Assembly: GCA_040256005.1 (NCBI GenBank)
Contig: JBDZWC010000007.1
Location: forward strand, 1 to 45,358
Direction: 5' to 3'
Source: Deinococcaceae bacterium
GTDB lineage: Bacteria > Deinococcota > Deinococci > Deinococcales > Trueperaceae
DNA length: 45,358 bases
Shown: positions 17,730-27,312 of the stretch, piece by piece
Numbering within the stretch: position 1 is the stretch's first letter
Layout: every line of letters begins with the position of its first letter
Program-made: the position numbers and the translations under genes
Notes under the pieces: generated by a model
The model's database searches: none
What the model was told of the DNA's origin: nothing
The model's input: the letters and a program-made list of their open reading frames with translations, nothing else

Positions 17730-18953
17730 TCAGAAGCGAGACTGGCGCACGTTCAACTCGACGGTGCGGCCGGACTCCAGGTTGAAGGTCGTGATGTAGG
17801 TGGAGTACCCCGGAGCGATGACGACGAGCTCGTAACGGCCCGGTTGGATGTCGCGCAGCTCGAGGCGGCCCGTGCCGTTGGGGACGTTGCCGGCGTAGCT
17901 GCCGTTGAGGAACACGGTAGCGCCGCCCACGTTGGCCTGCACGACCACGGAGGCGCCCATGCCCCGCAGCGACGCGTCAACCACAGTCTCGCGGTTGGGG
18001 CGCACCTCGAACGACCGCGTCACGCTCTGGTAGCCGGAACGCTCGAAGGTCGCCTGGTAGCTGCCGGGCTGGAAGCGGATGGAGCCCGTGGGCGTGGTAC
18101 CGACGTACCTGCCGTCCACGTAGACGTCTGCCCCGCTCGGCGAGCTGGTGAAGCTGGCGGTGCCCGCCGTGACCCGCTGGTTCAACGTGGCGTTGACGGA
18201 CTCGCTACGTCCCGGCCTCACGTTCACGCTGGTCGTGAACTCCTCGTAGCCGGACAACACGAAGCGCACGTCGTGCCTCCCCGGCCGGGTACCGAACGAG
18301 ACCGGCGTGAAACCGACGAAGTTGCCGTCCACGTACGCCTCGGCGCCGCTGGGGCTCGTCTGCATCGAGATGGTCCCGTACGCTGCCTCGGCCGGCCTGT
18401 CGCCGACGTAGTACAGGGCGGTGTCGGTGACCCAGTCTTCCTGTGGGACGGGGTTCACGACGATCCGGAACCCTTGGATGAAGCCCTCCTCGCCGATCGT
18501 GCTGGAGGCGAAGAGCTGGTCCTCGGTCGCGAACGAAGCGAGTTGGCTGGTGTTGAGGCGCGTCTTGCTGGCGATCGCGATGACCTTCGAGAGGCCACGG
18601 GGAGGCGCGATGTTGAAGACGTACCTGGCGTTCCTGGGTGGCAAGGTCACGGTCTGACCGCCGCTGACGCGGTTGTTGTCGTCGAAGCGGTTCGGGAAGA
18701 TCTGCGTGATGTCACCGTTGGGCTTGACGTCGAACACGTAGACGTAAGAGGTCTCGGCGGGTCGGACGGAGATGCGGACCTCCTCGCCCACGGCGTAGGA
18801 CGGCGCGCCGTCGCCCGACGTGTCGCGGTCCAGCCATACCTCGACGTCGAAGCTGGGGCGGGGGTTCACCACTATCGCCTGGGGGCTGACCACGATCTGT
18901 GCGGAGGCCGCGGAGGCGAAGAGCAAGGCTAGGCCCAACAGTCGTTTGAACAT
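17730..18953 (-). CDS. Secreted DUF4384 + three PEGA domain protein (envelope/S-layer-associated)
   Basis: ATG 18953 with AGGAGG SD; signal peptide MFKRLLGLALLFASAASA; YAVGEEVRISV..YVYVFDV..QIFPN; three PEGA-like units (SPSGAEAYVDG, SPSGADVYVDG, NVGGATVFLNG). Confidence 0.85.
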   Translation of the reverse strand: MFKRLLGLALLFASAASAQIVVSPQAIVVNPRPSFDVEVWLDRDTSGDGAPSYAVGEEVRISVRPAETSYVYVFDVKPNGDITQIFPNRFDDNNRVSGGQTVTLPPRNARYVFNIAPPRGLSKVIAIASKTRLNTSQLASFATEDQLFASSTIGEEGFIQGFRIVVNPVPQEDWVTDTALYYVGDRPAEAAYGTISMQTSPSGAEAYVDGNFVGFTPVSFGTRPGRHDVRFVLSGYEEFTTSVNVRPGRSESVNATLNQRVTAGTASFTSSPSGADVYVDGRYVGTTPTGSIRFQPGSYQATFERSGYQSVTRSFEVRPNRETVVDASLRGMGASVVVQANVGGATVFLNGSYAGNVPNGTGRLELRDIQPGRYELVVIAPGYSTYITTFNLESGRTVELNVRQSRF

Positions 18954-19092
18954 GGCCTGCCTCCTTTCTTCGTGGAGGGTAGCACCGGTCCTTTCATTCA
19001 CGTGATGGTCGACTTAAAAGGTCCTTCATCCTGAGGTGTGACGTGTTGCACGCGTGTGGTCGCCCCGGCGCGGGTCGGTTAAGTTGGGCGGC

Positions 19093-19818
19093 ATGGACCC
19101 TAGGAGCACTCTCTCCCGGCTGGCCACGTCCGGCTTCCTCTCGACCCTATTGGCGCTAGGCGCCTTCGCGACCGCTCAGGACGCGCTGCCCGTAGATGAG
19201 GTGCTCGACAACGTCACCGCCGCGGCCACCGAGCTGAACGACGCTGCGTTCCTGTTGACCGGGCGCGTCATAGACGCCGACGGCACCGAGTTCCCCCTCG
19301 AGATCGAGATCCAGGTGATGCCCCAGCTGAACCTGGCGAGCGCGTACATCATCCAGCCCGACGCCCTGGCCGATAACCAGATCGTGCTGGACGGCGACTC
19401 GGTGTACAGCTACTCGTTCCTCACGCACCAGGTGACGATCTTCGACGCCGACGACCCGGACGCCCTCGGCGGCATGCTGCCCGCCGGCCAGGACGGGGCC
19501 ACGGCGAACCTCTCGCTGGACCTCGGCCAGATCCTGGCAGGGTACGAGGCTCAGATCGTAGCGGTGGAACAGAGCGACTCGGGAGCGGTGTACCACCTCA
19601 ACTTCGCCAACAAGGACCCCGCGGCCATGATCCTCGACGTGGACGCCACCGTCCTGGCGTCTGACTGGCTGCCGCGACGCCTGGTCTTCAAGGAGGCCGA
19701 AGGGCGCGTCGTGGCCGAGCTCAACGCCGAGCAGCTCGTGACGAACCAGGGACTCGACCCCGAGGACGTACGGGCACTACCCGAGGATGCCGAGATCATC
19801 GACAACCGGGGACGGTAA
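19093..19818 (+). CDS. LolA-like periplasmic lipoprotein carrier/sorting protein
   Basis: Signal peptide ending FATA-QD; QPDALADNQIVLDGDSVYSYSFLTHQVTI; TAAGTT 7 nt before ATG 19093. Family assignment is by resemblance only. Confidence 0.6.
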   Translation: MDPRSTLSRLATSGFLSTLLALGAFATAQDALPVDEVLDNVTAAATELNDAAFLLTGRVIDADGTEFPLEIEIQVMPQLNLASAYIIQPDALADNQIVLDGDSVYSYSFLTHQVTIFDADDPDALGGMLPAGQDGATANLSLDLGQILAGYEAQIVAVEQSDSGAVYHLNFANKDPAAMILDVDATVLASDWLPRRLVFKEAEGRVVAELNAEQLVTNQGLDPEDVRALPEDAEIIDNRGR

Positions 19819-19831
19819 CCGGCCACCGGCC

Positions 19832-20119
19832 GCAGGCGAATCTGAAGGGTCTTACTCGCTCCGCTCGCGGGTCTCCGCCTCAATGCGCAGCCGAATCTGA
19901 AGGTTCCTTCTCGCTCCGCTCGGGGGTACCTGCCCTGTCGGGCAGCCGAGTCTGAAGTTTCCTTCTCGCTCCGCTCGGGGGTCTCCGCCTCAATGCGCAG
20001 CCGAATCTGAAGGTTCCTTCTCGCTCCGCTCGGGGGTACCTGCCCTGGCGGGCAGCCGAGTCTGAAGTTTCCTTCTCGCTCCGCTCGGGGGTCTCCGCCC
20101 TTTCGGGCGGCGACCCCGA
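19832..20119. repeat. Tandem array of five 55-bp units with a 110-bp higher-order period, ending in a long hairpin
   Basis: Units start at 19832, 19887, 19942, 19997 and 20052. Core of about 41 bp GCAGCCGARTCTGAAGKTTCCTTCTCGCTCCGCTCGGGGGT plus a 14-bp variable tail. Terminal stem-loop at about 20085-20119. Confidence 0.95.
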
Positions 20120-20126
20120 AAGCTCT

Positions 20127-21506
20127 CTAGACCATCTCCTCCGGCACGACGGCCGCGTCGAACTCCTCGGCGGTCAGGTAGCCGAGGGCCAGGGCCGCCT
20201 CCTTGAGAGTCGTGCCCTCGCGGTGCGCCTTCTGAGCTATCTCGGCGGCCTTGTAGTAGCCGATCTTCGTGTTCAGGGCCGTCACGAGCATCAACGAGTT
20301 CTCGAGGTGCGTCCGTATGCGGCGCTCGTCGGCGGCGATTCCCTCCACGCAGTTGACCCTGAAGCTCTCGCACGCGTCGCCCAACAGCTGCGCCGACATG
20401 AGGAAGTCGTAGATCATCACGGGTTTGAAGACGTTCAACTGCAGGTGACCGTGTGAGCCCGCCACCGCGATCGTCGTGTCGTTGCCGATCACCTGCGCGC
20501 ACACCATGGTCAGCGCTTCGGCCTGAGTGGGGTTCACCTTGCCCGGCATGATGCTCGAGCCCGGCTCGTTCTCTGGCAGGCGGATCTCGCCGATGCCGCT
20601 CCTCGGCCCGGAGCCCAGGAGCCTGACGTTGTTGGCCACCACCATGAGCGCGACAGCGGCCCGCCTAAGAGCGCCCGATGCCTCCACGACAGCGTCGTTC
20701 GCCGACAGCGCTTCGAACTTGTCGTCCGCCGTGCGGAACGGGTTGCCGGTCAGCTCAGCGATCTTGGCCGCGACCTTCTCTGCGAAGCCCTTGGGCGCGT
20801 TCAGTCCGGTGCCGACGGCGGTGCCACCCAGCGCCAGTTCGGAGAGATGCGGCAGCGCGTTCTCGATCGCTTCGATCGACTTCGCCACCTGCGTCGCGTA
20901 GCCGCCGAACTCCTGGCCGAGCGTGAGCGGCGTGGCGTCCATGAGGTGCGTGCGCCCGATCTTCACGACGCCGGCGAACTCGCGCGCCTTCGCCGCCAGC
21001 GCCTGGTGCAGGCGCCGCAGGGCGGGCAGTGTGTGGTCGGTCAGCTTGCCGTAGGCCGCGATGTGCATGGCCGTGGGGAAGGTGTCGTTCGACGACTGGC
21101 TACGGTTGACGTCGTCGTTCGGATGGACCGGCGACTTGCTGCCAAGGGGGTTGCCTGTGAGCTCGCTGGCCCGGTTGGCGACGACCTCGTTGACGTTCAT
21201 GTTCGACTGCGTGCCGGAGCCGGTCTGCCACACGACGAGCGGGAAGTGGTCGTCCAGTTCCCCGGCCAGGATCTCGTCACATACGCGTGCGATCAGGTCG
21301 ACCTTCTCGCGCTCCAGGCCGGCCAAGTCCTCGTTCACGAGGGCGGCCGCCTTCTTGAGGACCGCGAAGCTGTAGACCACCTCGATGGGCATGCGCTGCC
21401 CGCCGATCCTGAAGTTCTGCCTAGAACGCTCGGTCTGGGCGCCCCAGTAGCGGTCCGCGGGCACCTTGACCTCGCCGAGCGTGTCCTTCTCTATCCGGTA
21501 CTCCAT
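20127..21506 (-). CDS. fumC: Fumarate hydratase class II
   Basis: [67 protein letters not shown] 6 nt before the ATG. Confidence 0.97.
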   Translation of the reverse strand: MEYRIEKDTLGEVKVPADRYWGAQTERSRQNFRIGGQRMPIEVVYSFAVLKKAAALVNEDLAGLEREKVDLIARVCDEILAGELDDHFPLVVWQTGSGTQSNMNVNEVVANRASELTGNPLGSKSPVHPNDDVNRSQSSNDTFPTAMHIAAYGKLTDHTLPALRRLHQALAAKAREFAGVVKIGRTHLMDATPLTLGQEFGGYATQVAKSIEAIENALPHLSELALGGTAVGTGLNAPKGFAEKVAAKIAELTGNPFRTADDKFEALSANDAVVEASGALRRAAVALMVVANNVRLLGSGPRSGIGEIRLPENEPGSSIMPGKVNPTQAEALTMVCAQVIGNDTTIAVAGSHGHLQLNVFKPVMIYDFLMSAQLLGDACESFRVNCVEGIAADERRIRTHLENSLMLVTALNTKIGYYKAAEIAQKAHREGTTLKEAALALGYLTAEEFDAAVVPEEMV

Positions 21507-21576
21507 GGGGCCATGCTACTCGCGCCGATCTGGCCTCCCGGCTCACTCCGCCAGAGGGTGGGGCACGCCTGCGGAG

Positions 21577-24129
21577 TCACTGGCACAGCGCCTGCACGCA
21601 CACGTCAAGATACGCCCAGTCGTGGTCCTCCTGCACGACGAGCTTGAGCCACAATCGGCCATCAGCCACGTAGTACGCCGGCGCCTGGGAGGCCCTCAGG
21701 GCCGCCAACGAGCTCAGCGCCTCTTGACGGTTCCGGTCGTCGACCCACCAGTCCTTGTAGAGGTAGGCCTCGTTTGAGCCCCATGGCACTGACGCGACGA
21801 CCGCGTCCCCGGGGCCCACACCATCCGTGAGCCCGATGCGGACATGGGACGGTGCGCCGGAGTACTGGTAGTCGAACTCGGCGTCGTAAGGCACGACGGT
21901 CCTGAAGTAGTGCGGCACGGCGTCAGGGGAGCCGTACATGACGTGCTCAGGGCCGGCTTCGCGCCGGATCGCCACGGGGCCGACACCGGCCGGCGGACCC
22001 GAGACCACGTCGAGCGTCAGGTTGACGAAACGGCCGCCACAGACGTAGGCGTTCCACTGCTCGTTCAATACGCAGCCGGCGCCGGCGAGGAACGGGCTGT
22101 TGACGGTCACCCAGCGTCCGGGCGTGCCCGTCATGCTGCCGTCCACGTCCAGGAAGACAGCGCTGCGGTACCCGTCCTCTCCCTCGAGGTCGGGCGCGCC
22201 GTCCCGGCTGTGCAGGTAGACGCGGTTCGTGTCCGCGGCGAAGGTAAGGCCGCTGGCGTGGTTGTCCGCCGTCGTCGCGTAGTGGGTGAAGTCCAGGTAA
22301 CTGATGGCGGCGGCCTGGCGCCTGGCGTTGGGTACGTAGCCCGCGAAGCTGCTGTCCTCGACGAAGACCGTGCCGTCGTAGAACTCGAAGCCGCGGAGCG
22401 TGTAGTCCAGGTCCCAGGGCCGGGGCAGGTGACGACCGGCCGCCGCGCTGTCTTCGTCCCAGTCCGGCCACGTCCCCACGTTCGGGGTCTCGCCCACGAA
22501 GCTGACGCCCACGGCGCCGCTCTCGTCCGACGCGAAGGTGACGCCTCGGGCGTTGTCGCTGAGCACCCCGCCCAGCAGGACGGTGTGCGACCCCCTGAAC
22601 CACGCGCCCGCGTCCCTGTGCTTGTAGGCATCGAAGCCCTCGAAGTAGGCCGTCACGACCGAGTCCTCGTCGTCAACGTCGAGACGCGGCTCGTACCAGG
22701 TGGGAGGGTTGCCGGCCAGATCTGCCGTCGGGCCGTTGTCGACGTGCAGCCCCACCTGCCTGTTGGAGTGGGCCACGTTGTCCCTGAACTCGCCGAGCGG
22801 CGTGCGGCGTGGCCACATGTCGGTCTTGTGCGCCGCCAGTCCCGTGGGGTGCTCCGGCAACGCGTACCAGAACCCGCTGCCTTGCGAGCCGGCCGCCACG
22901 TTGCCCACCAGCACGTTGTCCGGGTTGGAGACCCAGTAGGCCGCCGGGCCCAGGTACGAGTAGTCAGACGGCAGGACCGCGTCGTCGGCCGGCGGCCTGA
23001 GCACCTGCAGCGCGAGGTTGCCGTAGAGCTCATTGCCGGTCTCGTCGCCGTCTTCCAGGAAGAAGCAGTGGCCATACGTCCCGAACGCGGCTACGTCCTC
23101 GACCAGGACGCCGTTGGTCCCGTGGATGGTCACGCAGCGGTGGTAGGCGTGGTGGATGCTGACGCGCGAGACCAGGCTCTGGGCGCCGCCGTCGCCGACC
23201 TGGTGGAAGTGGACCGGGTAGCGCGCCAACCGGCCACGCTGACCCATGCGCTGGAGCTCGACGGCATCCAGGCGCAGGCGCCCGCCCGCCATCACCATCA
23301 CATGGCCTCCGAACTGGGTTTCGTCGCTCTGCTCGTCGCCGCGGATGACCACGTTGCGGTTCAGGCGCGCGACCTCGGCTCGCTGGTCGACGGTGATGCC
23401 GCCGACGTTCATGAGGGTGCCCTGGTGGAAGTACCCCACGGGAGCGTCCAGCGTCAGGACGTTGTCATCGACCGCTGTGACGGTCCGCTCCTCGAACTGG
23501 GGGTCGCCGTCGTCCTCGTAGCCCGAGAAGTCGGTCGAGGCGATGACGATGCTGTCGCCTACCTCCCAGCCCGTGGCGTCCCGCAGGGTGATCGTCGCGT
23601 CGCCCGGCCGCGCGTCGTGGTCCAGGCGCGACCAGCTGTGGCCGGTCATGGCGCCGTAGATCTCGATCACGCCGCCCATGGCGGCCAGGAACTTACTTCC
23701 CATGTGGCCGAGGCTCTCCTCGGTCTCGGGCCCGGTCAGGGTGATCGCGGCCCGGTGACTGAAAGGCTTCTGGCTGCTGCCCACGTAGAGCCCGCCGTGC
23801 ACGAGGATCCAACCCGCCGTGAGCTCCACGTCGCGGTCGGCGAAGACCAGGTCGCCGTCCACCGTGAGGCTGGCCAGCGGGGGCGGCGTGGCGTCCAGCA
23901 GCATCACCGTGCCCGCCGGCACGACCACGTCTTCACCAGCGGCGGGCACCTGCCCGCTCGGCCAGGCGGCGGCGTCAGACCAGTTGGCGGTGGGCGTTGG
24001 CGGGGGCGGGCTCGGCTCGCGGCGAGGCGCTCCGAGGTCCCCTTCGGGCGCTTCCTGCGCCCCGCACGCGGCGAGCACCAAGACGATGACGAGTGAGGCG
24101 GAACGAAGGAGGACGCGAGCGCGACGCAT
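21577..24129 (-). CDS. G8-domain lipoprotein with right-handed beta-helix (CEMIP/TMEM2/fibrocystin-like architecture)
   Basis: Lipobox LAAC, Pro linker, G8-like WSDAAAWPSGQVPAAGEDVVV, GWEVGDSIVIASTDF, RAEVARLNRNVVIRG, RYPVHFH, RCVTIHGT, GHCFFLEDG, FRDNVAHSN; TAGATT 6 nt before the ATG. Confidence 0.85.
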   Translation of the reverse strand: MRRARVLLRSASLVIVLVLAACGAQEAPEGDLGAPRREPSPPPPTPTANWSDAAAWPSGQVPAAGEDVVVPAGTVMLLDATPPPLASLTVDGDLVFADRDVELTAGWILVHGGLYVGSSQKPFSHRAAITLTGPETEESLGHMGSKFLAAMGGVIEIYGAMTGHSWSRLDHDARPGDATITLRDATGWEVGDSIVIASTDFSGYEDDGDPQFEERTVTAVDDNVLTLDAPVGYFHQGTLMNVGGITVDQRAEVARLNRNVVIRGDEQSDETQFGGHVMVMAGGRLRLDAVELQRMGQRGRLARYPVHFHQVGDGGAQSLVSRVSIHHAYHRCVTIHGTNGVLVEDVAAFGTYGHCFFLEDGDETGNELYGNLALQVLRPPADDAVLPSDYSYLGPAAYWVSNPDNVLVGNVAAGSQGSGFWYALPEHPTGLAAHKTDMWPRRTPLGEFRDNVAHSNRQVGLHVDNGPTADLAGNPPTWYEPRLDVDDEDSVVTAYFEGFDAYKHRDAGAWFRGSHTVLLGGVLSDNARGVTFASDESGAVGVSFVGETPNVGTWPDWDEDSAAAGRHLPRPWDLDYTLRGFEFYDGTVFVEDSSFAGYVPNARRQAAAISYLDFTHYATTADNHASGLTFAADTNRVYLHSRDGAPDLEGEDGYRSAVFLDVDGSMTGTPGRWVTVNSPFLAGAGCVLNEQWNAYVCGGRFVNLTLDVVSGPPAGVGPVAIRREAGPEHVMYGSPDAVPHYFRTVVPYDAEFDYQYSGAPSHVRIGLTDGVGPGDAVVASVPWGSNEAYLYKDWWVDDRNRQEALSSLAALRASQAPAYYVADGRLWLKLVVQEDHDWAYLDVCVQALCQ

Positions 24130-24205
24130 GCCGAGAATCTAGACCCGGGATGGTGAGTAGGAGACGAGAAACCTCATCGTCGCGCCAGCCGCGTCTCACG
24201 GGAGG

Positions 24206-25201
24206 TTAGCCGAGGACCCTGCGCATCGCGTCTGGCAGGGCGTTCTGCCAGTTCGGCCAGTTGTGACCGGCGGCGCTCTCCGAGTAGGTGGCGTTAACGT
24301 TCCTCCGGGCCGCGAGGGCCTCGTGGACCAGCCGGTTGACGTCGTGCAACCACTCGAGCGTCCCAACGTGCAGGTGCCAGGTGGCCGGCAACGGTGTGGA
24401 ACCGTCCCTGATGCGCTCGAGCAGCCACGACTTGGTGGATCTGTAGGCATCGAACGAGTCTGGTGTGCCCAGGAACGCTCCCGACAGCGCCAGCACGGCG
24501 TCCCCGCTCGCCAGCTCCGGCTCGCGCTCCGCTCGCCTCAGAGCCAGCTGCGCCGAGGCGAGCGCGCCCAGGCTCGCGCCGATCCAGACGCGCCGGGCCG
24601 TCAGGTCGTAGCGACCGCCCAGCTCGTCTTCCAGCTCCTCCTCCACGAACCGCAGGTAGCTCTCGTCGAAGGCGTACTCGCTCATGCGGTCGATGGGCTC
24701 GATGAAGGCCAGCCGCGCCGGTACGACGTCGCCGCGTTCGATGAGCGCCTCGAGCAGGAGGTGGAGCGAACCGATCCTCATCATCGCCACGCCGTCCTGA
24801 ACGATGGCCAAGGGTGTGGGCGTGTCTTTCCCTACCCCCGCGGGCGTGTACACGGTCACGCGCCGAGTCTGACCGGCCATCAGGGCGCTCTCGATGCGCA
24901 GACGGTCCACGTCGCCCCGCGCCAGTTCCTCGGGTGGCTGAGCCAGCTCGTCCGGCTCGTAGTCGGGGCCCGTGAGGTAGCTGACCTCCCCGTACCAGAC
25001 GCTCTTGGCGCGCCGCTCGTTGGCGGGATCTGGCCTGACCTTCCCGTCCGTGTCGATGAACCCGTACTCGAAGTAGGCGTCGTCCGGCAGCTCGTACTCG
25101 ACCACCTCACCCGGAGTCACCGGCCGCGGATCGCGGTCCATGTCGGTCAGGTCGCTGATCAGCTTCTGGGCCCAGGGAGGAGCCTTCAGGGCTACCTTCA
25201 T
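24206..25201 (-). CDS. Fes-like alpha/beta-hydrolase esterase
   Basis: RRVTVYTP, nucleophile elbow GASLGA, VGTLE, GHNW; TACACT 6 nt before the ATG. Confidence 0.85.
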   Translation of the reverse strand: MKVALKAPPWAQKLISDLTDMDRDPRPVTPGEVVEYELPDDAYFEYGFIDTDGKVRPDPANERRAKSVWYGEVSYLTGPDYEPDELAQPPEELARGDVDRLRIESALMAGQTRRVTVYTPAGVGKDTPTPLAIVQDGVAMMRIGSLHLLLEALIERGDVVPARLAFIEPIDRMSEYAFDESYLRFVEEELEDELGGRYDLTARRVWIGASLGALASAQLALRRAEREPELASGDAVLALSGAFLGTPDSFDAYRSTKSWLLERIRDGSTPLPATWHLHVGTLEWLHDVNRLVHEALAARRNVNATYSESAAGHNWPNWQNALPDAMRRVLG

Positions 25202-25275
25202 GCGGCGAGTGTATTAGGTGCGTGGCGCGCCAGCCGGCTCCATCGCGGTCAGTGACGGGCGGTACACTGGCGCAG

Positions 25276-26439
25276 ATGTCGAACCCGTTCAGACCGCTTG
25301 GCCTCGAGGAGCTCCGGGCACGTGAGTGCGCCAAGTGGCGGCGCTACCCGGACGACGTGCTGCCGCTGTGGGTGGCCGAGATGGACTTCGCCATCGCCGA
25401 CGCGATCAAGGCTGCCATCAAGGAGCACGTCGACACCGACGACCTGGGCTATCCGCAGATGACCGGCATGCCGGGCCTGAGGGAGGCCGCGGCCGAGCGC
25501 ATGGCCGAACGCTACGGTGCCAGCTTCCCCGTCGAGGGGATCACCTCGCTCGGCTCCACGGTGGCCGGCATGGTCTACGGTTGCCGCGCGTTCGCCGAGC
25601 CAGGGGACGAGGTCCTGTTGCTCACGCCCCTGTACCCGCCGTTCAAGCGTTCGGTCGTGGAGACGGGGCGGGTGCCGGTGGAGGTCGAGCTCGTGCGGGG
25701 AGCGGAACGCTACGAGATCGACTGGGACGCCGTACGCGCCGCCGTGACCCCGCAGACACGGATGCTGATGCTCTGCAACCCGCACAACCCGATCGGCCTC
25801 ATGTACTCGGAGGCCGAGCTGGCGGCCCTGGCCGAGTTCGTCCTGGAGCACGACCTCATGGTCGTGTCAGACGAGCTGCACGCCGACATCAGCTACGGCG
25901 GTCGGCACGTGCCGTTCGCCTCCCTGGGTCCCGAGGTGGCGGCGCGGACGGTGACGCTCTACGGGCCCACCAAGGCGTTCAACTTCCCCGGTCTGGGCAT
26001 CAGCTTCATGATGACGGACGGTGCCGACAAGCTCGAGCGCCTCGCCGGCGCCACGGGTGGCCTGCACTCGTGGCCCAGCCGCCTGGCCGAGGCCGCGACG
26101 CTCGCCGCTTACAGGCATTGCGACGACTGGCTGCAGGCCGCCCTTCGGCAGCTGACTCGCAACCGGGACCGGGTGGTGGCGTTCGTGCGGGACTCGCTGC
26201 CGGGGGGCTCCCTGCACGTGCCGGAGGCCACGTACCTCGCGTGGATAGACCTGCGCAAGGCGGGTCTGGGCGACGCGCCGGCGGAACGGCTTACCGGGGT
26301 GGCCAAGGTGGGACTCAGCGAGGGCACCGACTTCGGCAAGGGCGGCGAGGGCTTCGTGCGCCTGAACTTCGCCACCTGCGACGACGTGCTCGAGCAGGCG
26401 CTGAGGCGGCTCGAGTCGGCGCTGGCCCCCGCGGCATGA
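25276..26439 (+). CDS. PLP-dependent cystathionine beta-lyase / C-S lyase (PatB/MalY family)
   Basis: KW..YPDDVLPLWVAEMDF, LCNPHNP, SDELHAD, PTKAFNFPG, PEATYLAWID, FVRLNFA. Start re-placed to ATG 25276, with TACACT 7 nt upstream. Confidence 0.92.
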   Translation: MSNPFRPLGLEELRARECAKWRRYPDDVLPLWVAEMDFAIADAIKAAIKEHVDTDDLGYPQMTGMPGLREAAAERMAERYGASFPVEGITSLGSTVAGMVYGCRAFAEPGDEVLLLTPLYPPFKRSVVETGRVPVEVELVRGAERYEIDWDAVRAAVTPQTRMLMLCNPHNPIGLMYSEAELAALAEFVLEHDLMVVSDELHADISYGGRHVPFASLGPEVAARTVTLYGPTKAFNFPGLGISFMMTDGADKLERLAGATGGLHSWPSRLAEAATLAAYRHCDDWLQAALRQLTRNRDRVVAFVRDSLPGGSLHVPEATYLAWIDLRKAGLGDAPAERLTGVAKVGLSEGTDFGKGGEGFVRLNFATCDDVLEQALRRLESALAPAA

Positions 26440-26454
26440 GCCGAGCCTGACCCT

Positions 26455-27312
26455 TCAGTCGCCTCCCGGCGCGGCAGCTTGGCCGATGAAACCGAGGACC
26501 TCGGATAGGAAGCGGCCTGGCACGCCTGTCCCCTCGGGCTCGTTGTGCATCTCGTGGTAAGCGCCCTCGATCGTCACCAGCCTCAGCGTGTCGCCGGCGC
26601 GCGCGGCTAGCTCCTGGCTGCCACGCACCGAGGCGACCCTGTCTTCCTCCCCGTGAACGACGAGCGTAGGGACTCTCAGCCTGTCCGCCGAGTTCAGCAG
26701 GCGCCGACCCATGGCCGTGAGGGTATGGCCAGTGGCGGCCGCCACCGGCCCGGAGTGGACGAGCGGGTCGGCGACGTAGGCGGCCCCAACGGCTGGGTCA
26801 CGCGCCAGCGTGCCGGCGTCCAGCTTGGCGACCGCCAGGCCGGGAGCCACCGCCGCGACCGGACCGGCCAGCGCGGTGAGCCACTTGGGGCGAGGGTTCG
26901 CGTCGACCAGGTACGGGGCCGACAGCACCAGGTGGGATATCGACCGAGGGTCGTCGAGCGCGTAGGCGAGCGCCACCGCCCCGCCCATAGAGTGGCCGAA
27001 CAGCGCCGGCCGGCGACCACTGTCGGCAGCCGCACGAGCGACGAGGGCCTCCAGGGATGCAACGAGCGGCGTGTACGAGGCCACCAACGCCCTGCGCCCC
27101 GAACTGCGACCGTGGCCGGGTAGGTCCAGCGCGTACACCTCGTGCCTGGCACCAGCGGCTGCCCGAGCCAGGCGCTCATGCCGACCGGCATGCTCGGCGT
27201 AGCCGTGCACGATCACGACCGGTTGACGATCGGTGGGAGCCGCCGCGGCCAGGCGGTAGGCGACGACCTCGTCTACGCCAGGGACCGCCAGGGCGAACCG
27301 GCCTTCAGTCAC
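26455..27312 (-). CDS. Lysophospholipase / monoacylglycerol lipase-like alpha/beta hydrolase
   Basis: VHGYAEH, DLPGHGRS, GHSMGG, HGEEDRV, HEMHNE; start overlaps the purC-purS stop. Confidence 0.9.
   Translation of the reverse strand: MTEGRFALAVPGVDEVVAYRLAAAAPTDRQPVVIVHGYAEHAGRHERLARAAAGARHEVYALDLPGHGRSSGRRALVASYTPLVASLEALVARAAADSGRRPALFGHSMGGAVALAYALDDPRSISHLVLSAPYLVDANPRPKWLTALAGPVAAVAPGLAVAKLDAGTLARDPAVGAAYVADPLVHSGPVAAATGHTLTAMGRRLLNSADRLRVPTLVVHGEEDRVASVRGSQELAARAGDTLRLVTIEGAYHEMHNEPEGTGVPGRFLSEVLGFIGQAAAPGGD

Noticed and set aside
19832..20119. CRISPR array
   Set aside because: Variable parts are only 14 bp, are repeated and related to each other and pair with the repeat itself; no cas genes or AT-rich leader.
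19990..20502. 170-aa minus-strand ORF running into the repeat array
   Set aside because: Out-of-frame overlap with fumC, Arg/Gly-rich, ends inside non-coding repeats.
21844..24096. Long antisense ORFs (also 3106-4557, 30128-31723, 40307-42067 and many others)
   Set aside because: Shadow frames of real genes caused by high-GC codon bias; no motifs and skewed composition.
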